Assembly (NCBI GenBank): GCA_030141605.1
Contig: JAQGDQ010000079.1
Coordinates: 372,001-436,000, forward strand
Length of the DNA: 64,000 nt
Origin: Tubiluchus corallicola
Lineage: Eukaryota > Animalia > Priapulida
Direction of reading: 5' to 3'
The notes under the pieces were generated by a model, which had not been told where the DNA came from, ran no database searches, and saw only the letters and a list, made by a program, of their open reading frames with translations. Made by a program: the position numbers and the translations under genes. Positions 1 through 13,000 of this stretch are shown one piece after another; position 1 is the first letter of the stretch; each line of letters opens with the position of its first letter.

Positions 1-895
1 GTCAGAGCCTCCACCAATAGCAGCCCTAATTCTATATCCTCATGAGAAACTGCTTTCTCAATGCTTTAATTCAACCGTAAGTCTTCTTCTAACTAACCAA
101 ATATAACAGATTAAAGAGTGTGCAAAAACTTTCCTTATAATCTAAAATATTTTTTAACTGTTACTCAGTTACCACATTTAGGTGGTGAGCATAAGCTTTG
201 ACATGTAAAAGGAAAGTGAAGACACAAAACTCTACATTTTTGCGTTATTAATCAGATGTTTAAATACAGAAAGAAGTTGTCTAATTAGGCAGCGTAACGT
301 AATTGTGAGTCACCGGTGGCACAGATTCAGTTTCAGAACATGTCTCAAGTCACACTTCCACTTAGCGCATCTGGAATTGCGTGGCTTCGCTTTTGCCCGA
401 AAAGAAGAGCGACGTTCGCAGTATGAGAGTTAGAAGAGGAAGCAGAATCATGCAACGACAGAGTCATGCAGATCTTCATCGTAGGTTAATCGTTTTGATT
501 TTTGTGTCCTCTGTATTGTTGTGCCCTCTCCATGCGCATTGCGCAATACCATAGTTTATTGTGACCAAGAAGTAGATATGCAGGATATTGTAATAAAATG
601 CGATGTGCTGCAAGGAGCCTTTTTGCTTTACTTTTTCTTATCTATATTAATGACTTATCTGTTAAAGACGCTAGGCCTGGAATCATAACAATTGTTATGT
701 ACGAAAAGAGCACCTCACGTCTCAAACTGTGCAATGTTTCCTACATACAATATGCTTGGTTTGCAAGAGAGAAATTATGTAGAACAAAACTCTTCGTAGC
801 TAGCGCGAAGGAATTGTATTTATCTTAAGTTCAAGGTTGCTTAAATCTGGCTACTTAAATAATGAGAGAATTGAGAAATGAATTAAGCCGATGTA

Positions 896-1111
896 AAAAA
901 TAAAAAGAAGTCCGATTAAGCCTGTTTCTCATATTCAAGTCCAGGCTTATTCCCAAAGTTTTCACGTTTTATTAGAATTTCACACAATTATTTATTATTA
1001 CTGAAAAATAAAAAGAAGTCCGATTAAGCCTGTTTCTCATATTCAAGTCCAGGCTTATTCCCAAAGTTTTCACGTTTTATTAGAATTTCACACAATTATT
1101 TATTATTACTG
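896..1111. repeat. Exact tandem duplication, 2 x 108 bp
   Basis: GTCCGATTAAG at 910 and 1018. The units look identical. Confidence 0.9.
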
Positions 1112-4100
1112 ATGTCACTATGAAGTTCTGCAAACTTCATACAGCAAATAATCACCTTTAGATTATTCTAGATTTACAGTGTTAAAAAAGTAAACAGAGC
1201 AAGTTAGTCAACGTGAGCAATGTACTGCCTAGATATGCCGAATGGATGGAGCAACTACTTGAATTGAATTGGCCCACCTTGACCATAAAAGACTGTGAAA
1301 TTTAGTGTGAGGATCTGGGTTTCAGTTTTAAAACTAAAGTCTTCCTCATTTCCCTTGTTTGGTATTTGTTTCAAAAGTTTAAGAAGAATTGTGTTACTCC
1401 CTGATTTAAACAGGCATGTTACTTCAGGTAATTTAAAAGAAATTAATAAAACAATATCTTTAGCAGAAAAATTTAATGCTTATGCCACATGTGAATTGCT
1501 TGCCCCACTGAAAGAGATGGATGTCAAAGTTGACGTCACAAGCAAGCCAAAATTCCAACTCTATAATTGCGGCTTGTAGTCGTGTTTCATTTTGGTTTGT
1601 TTGTTCTGCTGCTCGGTAAAAAGTTAAAACTATTTGGCATAAACTCATAAAGTGGCAAGCGAGTCAGTGTCGTTATACCATGCTAAATAAACTTACAGAC
1701 GCTGTTTTTTGGCTTACTATTGACAGACAACAACGGGGTGTCTTCTGTTTCTCTTGTGAAAGTTTAATATACAGTATAATAATTTTAAAAATGGATGTAT
1801 TTTTCCGTACAGTAAAAGCAGCTGGAGTTCGCAAAGATTGAATCTGGATAACTTAGTTTTTTACCATTCTCCGTGGGTAACGTTGTAACAGATGATATTA
1901 ATGATTGCTAGTAGTTTAAGCAAACGATATAGATCATGCAAGATATATATTTATAAAAAGTTTCCTGACGATTCAAGGGATATTGAAGCAGCTATGATCT
2001 TCTAATTAAGCTATGATCTAGGGCAAAAACATTCGTTAAAAACGAATGACGTGGACAGTAGCTGAAAATCATCGTCATTTTTCTTTCACCTCGAAAGTTC
2101 TTGTGTGCTTCACAGAGCAATATGTAGCAAACACCGTTAAGTCTAGAGTTGGAAAACAAACTCATTATCGTCACGATACGGGAGATTGAAGCGAACGCGA
2201 AGCCTCTGTCTTAGAGTGATTTAAATTAATTAACTTGTTTTTGATTTTCATTAATTTCCAGCCTTAAATTCCCGTGGGTAATTACTGTATTCTTAATGTA
2301 TTTGGTTGGCCGGCTATAATAAGTTATGCATTTTGGACTGTCTTGATCACTGCGGGATAAGGGAATCTAGTAATCTAAGCAGAAGGTCTTGGTTCAAATC
2401 TAGGCTGTATGACAACTTTTTCATATTTCCTGTCGTTCGAGCTTGATATCAAAATATAATCAACTCTGTATTTGTACCCTTATTAATAATATAGATAATC
2501 ACATTAGGATTACAATAATTAATTGTGCTGTAAATTAATACTAAAAGTTGGCGTTTTAGCAAACTTAATTAATAGTACTGATGCCAAATTTTTAGGTAAC
2601 TTTCGTTACTTTAATTTAAGTAGAAACAATATGACAGAAATATTTCCCTACCAAAATTTATTATCTTGAAGGCACTGAAGGAACATTGGGTATCATCTTT
2701 GGCATACTGCAAGTGAAAGCGAAGCTTTTATTTATAGGGGCACACAATAAGACAGTCCAAAACCACACACAGTAATATAAAATGAGAAAATTTTAAAAGA
2801 GATTGTTTTGATGATGTGTTTAAAGGTGCCATTTGGGCCATATAACGCAACATAAAGCTCAGAAGATACTATAAGAAGCTCATATACGCCAGTAAGGGCT
2901 GGAGAACATGTGTTCCCTTACTAGCCTTCCTCCTACTTTAAAGGGGGACTAACCTCGAGTCTGCTGAAATGGAGAAAGCTATATTTATATCGGATTACTG
3001 CCTCTTTCTCTCTGCCAGTCTATTGCACCTACAGCGAGCTGGCTTCAAACACCACACTGCATCAACCAACTAGGCATATACAGCTTACACAACCGAATTT
3101 TGATTAATAAAAGATAATAAACAAGAGTTTCTGGTTCGCTTATGCAGTCCTGTATATCTAGATCTCGTTAGACATAAGAAAACAAATACGCCAAAAATAG
3201 AATTGGGGATTGATTTTGCACTGGACGATGGCCAAAGAGTGTTTGTAACATCGTGTTCGGCTTAAACGCTACCAGAAAAATTGCTAGTCCCTCCCTTCAT
3301 CACTGCACCTCTTTTGTCTTTGGTACAATGATAAAAGAAAATTTAAAATTATTGCTTTTTAAAAAATTCTAACATAAGCAACACCTTAAGCCACTTTTCA
3401 AACATTTAAGATGTTATGCATCTCCGATAAAATAACTTTAGGTTCGCTGCTTCATTTGGCATAAGGGAATTGAATTTTTCTGATAACACCCCAGTGCCTG
3501 TTTCAGAAAAGAAGTTTTGTACTTTTTGTTGTCCAACACAGGAACACAAATATACTATGAATTCCCGCCTTGCTATAGTGAATCTCACCTGTTCTCTGCG
3601 TGAAGAAATTCGAATTTTACTTGATTTTTTCGTAATTTACTGATGCAAAGAAAACATAGAACATTCCATGTTTTCGTCAAACGCGTCTCCTAAGCCTAAG
3701 ATTTCCATCTAGTTTTTCATCTAAGGCGTCTGACATAACGGAATAGCGAATGTTTTGTATCTTATGAAACACTAAATGTTCTACGCTATTTTTGAGAAAT
3801 CAGTACTTGTTAGCAGGAAAATGTGGTTCCGGTGACATGCTGCTATTGGAATTTGTCTGAGGAAATTCTCCGAGGCTAAATTTTATTAACACATTGATTA
3901 GCTCAGCTAATAAGTCCTTATTGTTATTTGCAGTTTTTATATGCACTTTGGCGCACTGGAAACAGAATCCTGTAGACACTTAAATGCAAGTCCAACTCAA
4001 TTGTTACTCATGAATTTGTTAACTTCCACAAAAAAATCCGTTGGTTATTATAGGGTGTTTAACGAATTTATGTCGTCTTTGCTACATATTAATTAACAAC

Positions 4101-5009
4101 CTGTTAAGTGTTAACTCTATTTTGCTCTGGAAGCTATAGTTTTGGTAAAAGAAATTTAGGTCTTCTGGAGAGCGAAACCAGGAAAACAGGTGTTTCTAAC
4201 TATTGGACATTTGCCTTACCGTATCTTACGTCCTCCGTCAGTTTAACAAATGGCAGTCTGGCAGAAGAAACCGCCTATAACCGTCTTTAGACGCAAACAT
4301 TCCATGTGCTAACCAATTCTGGCGTTGCTTAATTTCATACTTTCCATGATCACGCAGCTATTTCCCTTGTGCAAAACTCGAAAAAGCATTGGCACACTTT
4401 TCCATCTCACTGCTCACCCCCCCCCCCGCTTCTCAAAAAATTATTTTGCGGCTTCACCAGTCCCAGCTTCTCCAAAATCATTTTTGTGCACTCTGGGATT
4501 CTTCAAAGGTCACATTATTTTTGAGCAAAGTATGACAGCAATTTTGATTCTAGTGTTATATGGCCACCCGCAGCTGCTGTTGCTTTTAAGAGACGAGGCT
4601 TACGAATGTTGATAGCGATTTTCCTCGGCTGTTTTATGCTACACTTTCTTTGCTAAATTGCAGTCGGATGCTCTTTTCTGAGATTTTCCCTGCAGACTGT
4701 AGAACATGCGTCAAATTTCTGCGCATGAACAGGTTAAAAAAGGCGTTCTATATCGAGACGAACAATGCCTTAAGCAGCTTAATAAAAAACGGCTACTTAA
4801 CGACTTGCACTTTACACCGATACACAAGGACGCACACACGAGTAACGTATAAAGTGTAGGGATTTTTACGCCATGGTGTTAATTATGCCCACTAAACACG
4901 AGACTGCGTGGTTGCAGTCCGACCACACAACTCAGGACATGAAGAATTAAAAACAAAATGGCAAAGGCTAAGATTGGATACCATGCAGGCTTTTAGTCCT
5001 GAAAACGGC

Positions 5010-5760
5010 AAATCAGTGTACGTTGGCAGTAAAACCTGCTTAGATCAAGACACACACAGATAGCAACAATGCGTCACATTGGTTATAGAACATACGTGGA
5101 CCAAGACTCACAAAGACGGGAAACCTGGGTGTCACGTTGACAGTAGACCGAGGGTAGATTAAGACATACGTGGATGGCAAACTAGTGCGTGACATTGATT
5201 GTAGGACTTGCATAAATCGAGACACAGACAAATGGTAAATCAATCGTGTCTTATGTCATGTCGACAGTAGGACCAGCTTAGATCAAGACAAGCATTGATG
5301 ATAGACCAGTGCACTACGTTGACCAGATGGTAGGTGGCAATTCATGCGCTATAATGACTGTAGGACCTTTTTACACCAAGCCACGCCCAGATACTAAACC
5401 AAAAGGTCAGGTTGTCTATAAGAACTACTTATATCAAGACTCGCTTAAACAGCAAATCAATGCGTCACGTTAACAGTAAGATCTGCTTAGATCAAGACAC
5501 ATACAGATAATAGTCTATGCTGCGATCATTTGGTCTAAGTGGGTCCTGGAGACAACTGTCCTTGTCATTAGCTTGGGAAGAAGCCAATGTGTCACATTGA
5601 CTGTGGTACTTGGTGAGATCAAAATGCACACAAACGACAAACTAAAAAACGTTTTGTTGACGGCAAGACCTACTTAGATGAAAATATACGTAGACGCCAA
5701 ACCAGTTTGTCACGTTGGCCAAGTAGGACTTGCCTAGATCAAGAAACCCATAGACGATAT
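5010..5760. repeat. Highly diverged minisatellite, about 58-bp unit, about 12 copies
   Basis: TAGATCAAGAC-like anchor at about 5041, 5098, 5155, 5213, 5279, 5430, 5488, 5615 and 5735, with GTCACGTTGACAGTAG-like motifs between. Confidence 0.75.
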
Positions 5761-8238
5761 AGACGAGAGGTGAGGTTCTGTTTAGAGTTAGATAAGGGAA
5801 GGAAGATGTCTTTTGGCTAATCTGCGTTACCACCAGAATGCGGTGCTTAAAACTACGTTTAAAGCAATTGCAGATTGGGAATTATAATAATTCTATAACA
5901 CAGATCGATAAAAAGCTGAAATTGAATAGCTGTGAGCCTGGCATGGAATGTGTTTTGCACAAATTAAACCTTTCACGGTGGTTGAACCTTTTACGGGTTA
6001 GTTGCTTCTTCTATCCCATCAGCAGGTGGATACAAATTCTATATATTCTTCGACTACATTTAAATAAGCAAAGATAAATTTTTGCTTGATAAATTTTTTT
6101 TAACTATTCTGCCTTATAATGTTTCCAGAAAACTATAGTATTAGGAGCATTTTAAGTAAAACTTGGGTGAGAACAGCCTTAAGTGTTGTTACTTGCCAAA
6201 ACAACATTTGTTCCTGGCTTAACCTAAACTAAGAGATTAGCCAGCTTCAGTTAAAGTAACAAACATTATTCGCCGCGAAAACAATTAACTTTGTACAAAC
6301 CGATGCAGTGATCAACACTCAAGGTCCACTAACTTAATTACGTGTTTTACTAAGGCTGGGAGGGATAAGTCCTGCACGAACTCCATCTAATCTAAAATCA
6401 ATTGTTTATGGGAGCTCTTTTTATCATCTTCAAGCAATCCTGTTCCTCCAACCCATTAGTTTATTGAACACAGTTATCAGAATCCACCATTAATTAGAGC
6501 TTAAACTATGAATATCATTTGCTGAGTGCAATGTTTTGTTAGTGTCGCACGTACATCATATTCCTAGTTTCCCTTAGATAGATCTACTTTTTGAAGCTGC
6601 ATTAAAGATTTAAATCTTGTCTGTACATGAATAGAAACGACTGAGTGAAAAATAAATGACAAATTAATCTGTGCAATTTAAAATATTGAAATTAAAAAAT
6701 GCGCATGTACTAAAATATTTATATGCTAAGATCGAAACTCATGGGTCTTCGTAAGTACGCATATCCTTGGTCATTTTAAAGACATCCTTAATTATTCTTA
6801 CTCAAGTATTTGAGCTGGAACTGTTGCTACTTGAGTAAAGAACAGTGTGTCAATATATGTGATTCTCTTCTTTTTCTTCAAAAAACAGAAGATATCTCAA
6901 AATGTAATGAATGTTTTACTGACTGTTTGTTTGACTCGGCGGTGACCAAACCAAAATACACCTGCAGCGGTTTCTTGAATATCTTTTTCTGCCGCCGTCT
7001 CCACCATTCCTCTTTGTCACCTTCTACAACGTAATCTTTTCCCCTTCTGCTCTCTTTGGATGTGACATGGTAGTGGACTACCTCACCCATACTGCTGTTT
7101 CTAGTTCACGTTGGCAGATTCGAGTTATTAATTTTAACCAAAATGGGAGTGTGACGTCCGTGACGTCAGTCTGGAATATAAGAACTACCGAACAGCATTG
7201 CAACCCCTTTTAATATAGTTGACTGTATTCTAGATGATTTTGTGTATGTCCCATACTTAGGCTGCATTAATAGCTTAATTTAGCCAATTGCTTATGTTAA
7301 TTGAATGAGTCATTAATTAATTACTCATCAAGCGAATTTACCTACTACAATAAAGCAAGTTGTGACTGTACATATATGAGCATGCACCTAGTTAGCTCTG
7401 GGAAGGGTCCCACCTCATACCTGTCCTAGATCTCCTTTACAAGAAAGTAAGTGATTGGTCATACGCTCAACTGAACAGGCTATCTAGCCAATAAACCGTC
7501 GTGTTAAAAGACAAGGTCATCCAGTTTTACCTGTTCTAGAAATTGAAACCAGGTTCAACACAGTGTGTCGAACGTGCTAATCCAGCGAAGTTGTCGAATA
7601 TGGCTTCCGACGAATATTTATTAACAATCGAAGTCAAGGCTTAATTAATGTGGCGACAGAAAGTGATTAAAGGGCACTGACACACCAAAGGGTTAGGTGT
7701 ACGAGCCGTGAGGCGGAAATACCAATAAACTGGCTATTATTCGTTATCTCACGTACTGCTGTAAACGGGGATTCAGGAGATCTGGTGCAGAAACAACCAC
7801 GCGACGACCAGACGTTGTATCAATGGTAGTTTCACGAGCTCCATGGGTCAGGACTCCACTGCACTCCACTACTAGGATTTGAGAAGTAACCACTTACGAC
7901 TCCGGTACACCTGACAAGCGTTGTAGAAGTGACCACGTAAGATTCCACCCCTGCTCGAGCTTTGGAAGAGTAACTGTTCAAGATTCCACGAAGTTCGCAT
8001 AACCGTTTAGTCACGTTATTCAAGCTTCCAGAGTGATGGAGAACGTCAAATGTTGGAATCCGACAGTGCCCGACTGCAGTCACTACAACTGATAAGTATA
8101 CTTACCTTACATCCTTCTCCCTCACCTGGGTTGATCTAACTAGTCTTCTGTTTATCTTAGATTATCTAGAAACGTCGTTTGTAATAATAACAACTTTGTT
8201 GTTGTTTTGGATTAAAGTGAATTGTTTTTTAGTTCTTA

Positions 8239-8441
8239 TTATCTCATTAAACCAAGAATTTATCGGTAATGTTAAAAACTGTTTTGTTTGCTTCTATTCG
8301 GAATACATGTCTGTGTACCATGCTTAAATGGAAAGGTTCACTGAACCCACGTGTCAGCATGTATCAGAAATTAGTAGAAAAAAGTGTTTGTGGTGTCATA
8401 ACGAAAGCGCCCTATATCACAAGGGCTGCCCCACATATAAC
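8239..8441 (+). repeat. Dispersed repeat of about 200 bp, copy 1 (copy 2 at about 42504-42708)
   Basis: Shared blocks AAGAATTTATCGGTAAT, TGTTTTGTTTGCTTCTATTCGGAATACATGTCTGTG, AAATGGAAAGGTTCACTGAACCC, CGTGTCAGCATGTATCAGAAATT. Confidence 0.85.
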
Positions 8442-8700
8442 AGGCAGTACTAGTTATTTTAACGTCTTCTTGGAGAAGAGTGCACGAAATTTACACTTCA
8501 CTGTGTATCAGCATGAGCCGTGATAAGTTCCGCCTGCATACTTTGAGTCAAATCATGTTTGAGAAATCATTACTGCCTCAAAATTGCCTGTGATTGATCT
8601 CATTTTAAATTGTTGCATATTCAAGTACTCAGTCTCAGAGTTGTAAAGCTAGTGTTATATAAATAAATGAACATATACATAAATGAGCATATATATATAT

Positions 8701-8794
8701 ATGCGACAGTGTAAATTTTTAAGTTTATATATATATATATATATAAATAGATATATATATATAGATAGATATATATAGATATATATATATATAT

Positions 8795-8841
<47 letters not shown>

Positions 8842-9160
8842 TATTGATATATATGTATGTATGTATAACTTAAAAAATTACACTGTCGCATTTTGGTTTC
8901 TACCCCGGACCTTAAAGAACCATAGCTTACTAAAAGCCTAGGTACACATCTGTCCCAACATTACCTAAATACTGATAAAAAAAATTGAAGTTAACTGAAG
9001 CTCTTAGGAGAAGTTGAATGGCAAATGAAAAACTGGTCGATGTACAGCGTCCTTGACCCTCTGACCCCAAGGTCACCGTTCACCGCACCACTTTCAAGGC
9101 TCATACCCCAGCATCCGAACTTTAAGTTTCGTGACTCTAGCCGCCCGTGAGTCAATATGA
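8701..9160. mobile_element. Helentron/HINE-like non-autonomous element: inverted repeat flanking a (TA)n/(TAGA)n microsatellite, plus core
   Basis: 25-bp IR 8701-8725 / 8867-8891 (24/25 match). Core GTCCTTGAC..GGTC..GTTCACCG..TTTCAAGGCTC recurs at about 25898-25968. Confidence 0.5.
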
Positions 9161-9856
9161 ATTAAGAAGTGGAAAATTGGATATCTAACATGATGAAATG
9201 ACAAAATCAGCTTTTGGATTCTCCTAGAACCTGGGCGCTGTCAGTTACGGATAAAAATCAAAAACATGTCAAAAGATGTACGGATGCATGAAAATATGTG
9301 CGTCTGACACTGACAAAAGACATTTTGACAGATTTGTCATACTATCAACGCCAAACCATTACATCTTTTCTCATAGACACCCACAGTCTTTTAAAACAAA
9401 ATATCCACTGTTTCTATCGATGTTAACCACCTTAAAATTCTAATGTAACTCGACTGATGGGCAAATCAGTTATGACAAAAGCCAGAAAAAACATACAATA
9501 TTAGGTCAAGGAGAAAATCAAGAGAACAGAAGAGGATTGGACAAGATAACATTCATAGTGGTATAAGTAGTATATCTTTTTGTCATAGTGGAAGATGCAG
9601 ATAAAAGTGGTTGGATCTGAATTTCCCGATACGTTATTTCTTCATAAGAATTTTTAACTTTAATTAAAACTTTATAAAAATGCAATATTTCAGTCATTGG
9701 AACATCCATCAAATATATATTTTGTTATCGTGTTAATGTGTCAGAAACTTCATCGTCCGTCCCTTCAAATCTTAGCAGCAAAGATATTGTTCTAGCATCA
9801 TTTATATGACTCAATCATAAAAACCTACAAGATTCAGTTGGAAGAACTAGTAGGGC

Positions 9857-10028
9857 AGTTCACATGATAATAAAATGTGGTCTCACCGTCTCGCAATGAA
9901 GTTCACCACTGGCTGACATCCATAATTATGTTCTCCCCGACTAGTTCACATGATAATAAAAAATGGTCTCACCGTCTCGCAATGAAGTTTACCACTGGCT
10001 GACATCCATAATTATGTTCTCCGCGACT
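9857..10028. repeat. Tandem duplication, 2 x 86 bp
   Basis: AGTTCACATGATAATAAAA at 9857 and 9943, few substitutions. Confidence 0.9.
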
Positions 10029-13000
10029 GTCATCGTGCATGCAGTTTATATAATTGAAAATTATGTAAGAAACCTAATTAACTAATTAAGTTGTTGGGCT
10101 TTTAACAAGTTTATTACTGGAAAAAACATTTTGCAAGAGACATTTTGTATAGTCGGTCAAGATGTTCACGTAGGCGTAGCAGAATATATGGCTTTTTTCA
10201 AATTAGTTTTGAAGGACTAATACAGTTAAAGTTTTAATTTTTAAACTTTCAGTGAACATTGAATAGCCAAATTTTAAAACAAAATTATGAAAAAACACAG
10301 CAAACTTACCTTTGCCAGTGCCGTGGCTTCCTCACTACCCGGCATGTCCGATTGGCTAAATCCGGATTCTGACGGACGGAAATTCACTAATGGCGGCGGT
10401 TGGAAGAAGCAGCATGTATCGTGGAGGAAGCAAACTTGAGTAGGGCAGCCAGCTACGTCAAGCTGATGCTAAATACAGCTTCTCTGTGTAACCTATAGCT
10501 GCTGATTCCCTCTTACAAGAGGGGAAGAAAGAGAGATGCTGGAGAACATTTTCTTCAAATGGCTTATAAAACAAGGCTGCGCTTTTCTATATAAAAATAC
10601 AGTGCTAGTTTCACAGCTTTTTGTTTCTATGTTTGTTTATTTGTTCGTATACATGTATGTTAGTTTGTAAATACATATTATTGGACGAAAAGTACTGTTT
10701 TCAGAAATAAAGCAGTGTTATAGTAATGATGGTAATGGACGGTGAAGCTCTTCTTCAGAAAATGACTGAAACGACAACCTTAGTTACGTTAGTTTTACAT
10801 TCTAACTTCTAATAAATTCACTGTAAGTGTTTACTTTTAATAGTTTTTTAATAAAGCTATATCTAGATTACTTTGGACATGCTGTCATGCCATGTGAAAT
10901 GCAAGCTTGTGTAACACGATAAACACCAACCCTAACTAGTCTATATAATTTTAGAGAAGCCTTTTATTATATATGTAACAACGTAGGTAAGATGAGTAAA
11001 ATGGTGAAGCACATATACAAGCAAACTAGAATTCACCAATGAAGAGCTCTCATCGGCGCCAGGAACCGAACTGGGGTTTTGGCTCACGGTCCGGTTCGAG
11101 GTTGATCACAGGATGTGACTAAACGCCATTGTTATGAGAATCTGAGGATTGTTACGAGAAAATGCAATGCCGTCCGGTTACACTTGTAGTACCTTGTCAA
11201 TGGTATATGCTTTCGCAAAAAACGTGGTTACTGATTCTTCTACTGTTACATTCTCCACAAGCACAAGATCAAACGCTGAGTAATATGAACATATTAGTGC
11301 ATAATATTGTACATTGTATTTATATATTGTGTATTTATTTCTAACCTCTATAAACACTGGAATAACATGTTATTTACAGATGTTATTTACTAAATTGAGA
11401 ACAACTAACTGATTTAATATTACGTAACTTTACTATTCTGTACTTGTCGTTAAGTTATTTATATGGACTTGCCCTAAAAAGCATTTACTTATTTACTTGT
11501 TTGCTTGCTTCCTTACTTTCTAACTCACTCACTCACTGTTAAATAATTAATTGTAGCCTTGTAGGCCCACTGCAAATATAGCCTACTCTTTCAAACATAC
11601 AATGATTAACATGCTTTACAGGTGCTTACAATTGTATACAGATAGGCCTACACTACCGTTTTAACGTATGGAGGTGTGACTTGACTTTTTTGTTTTCGCT
11701 ATCCTTATTTAATAATATAAAACGGGTAATTTTTTAGAAAGATATAGAACCATGTTAGGTGTCATATAGCATTTAAGTGAGAGTACTAATAACTAATTTT
11801 CTTTTATTAGATTAAAATTAGCAAATATAACAAAGCGCCGTACAAAATACAGCTATATGCATATTTATCTACAAAAGAGGTTACAACAATAGGTGTCGCT
11901 TCCAAGAGTCTACATGGCGACCAATAAGCCCTTGTGTACCGGAGGGGCTGACTTATATTCATGCGCCGCTTCGGATATGATTCAAATCCGGAGGCGCCTC
12001 GTTACATTAATGAGATTAAGTAATTGCCTGGTTAATTAGGCCTATATTGTGAAGGAATAATTGCCTGTAATAAATTTACTACGCCAACGCGAGCAATTTT
12101 TATCTAAAACTCGGAAAGAATATAGAACTGTTAAAGATACATTAGCTTTTGTTAGTTCAACAATTAGTTTAGTAGATGGTGACACATAAGCTGTATATAC
12201 TCTTTGCAATGTAAACAGTGCAAGTAATTGTGTATTTGAGTAATGTGTTAACCGAAAAGACCGAAAATTGACCGAAAAGAGGTAGCATTATGACTTTATA
12301 AGCTGGTACCTTTTGAGTTCCTCAGCGCTACGAAACTGTGATAAACGATTCTAGAACTAACATTGTTATTATTCACAAAACCTAGCCTGGGCAACTTAGA
12401 TTATTTAATTATACCAAATCTACAGTAAATTAGTGATTATACAAAGTCTTTTAGACTGTCATGCATAAGTCGTCTACATGTATTTTTGTTCCTATAAATA
12501 GATATAATTGAAACATCCTTATTAGCTAAGATTCAGATTTGTTCTACCACTAAGCAAGATCTTCGTTGCAGAATTTAGTTGCATAATAATTTTTTTATTT
12601 TCATGTATAACCATAGTCATAAGGACGACTTGGTATCTGGAAAGCAATTTTGTTTCAACATGAGTAAAAGATCTAGAATTAAAGGCCAATTTTTACAAGT
12701 TTGCGCGGCAGCAAACTTTTTTCATTGAAGACGAGCATTTTGGTCGTCCGATAATAACGTTTAATCTTTCATACAAAAATCTTGATATCACGCACATGTC
12801 TTTGAAAGAAATTATTAAATCCTCGTTGCGATGACTTGATAAACAATTTTTGTTGTCTTGTACATATATAACAGTGATACATTTTCTGGAATACGTGACA
12901 AATCCTTACTAAACGTCCACCCATTTTTCGTGTTTTCCCGTATGTTTGTACGATAGCAGCAGTTGTCAGCGAGCAAGAGTTTGTTAGGCTTAGTTAGGGA

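Noticed and set aside
330-610. Minus-strand frame with in-frame TGA codons and hydrophobic stretches (selenoprotein or GPCR relic)
   Set aside because: No recognisable family motif and no SECIS that I could identify.
2350-2410. tRNA gene (GGTTCAAATC B-box)
   Set aside because: No acceptor stem or cloverleaf; probably a SINE relic.
7620-8100. LTR retrotransposon fragment or 83-aa coding ORF
   Set aside because: GC-richer than the flanks, but no paired LTR, convincing PBS or gag/pol motif.
8655-8891. YIYLSI-rich ORF, and similar ORFs at 43232, 51925, 51944, 59503 and 60676
   Set aside because: Microsatellite-derived.
11963-11997. GC-rich hairpin as a pre-miRNA
   Set aside because: The stem is too short and the flanks do not extend the pairing.
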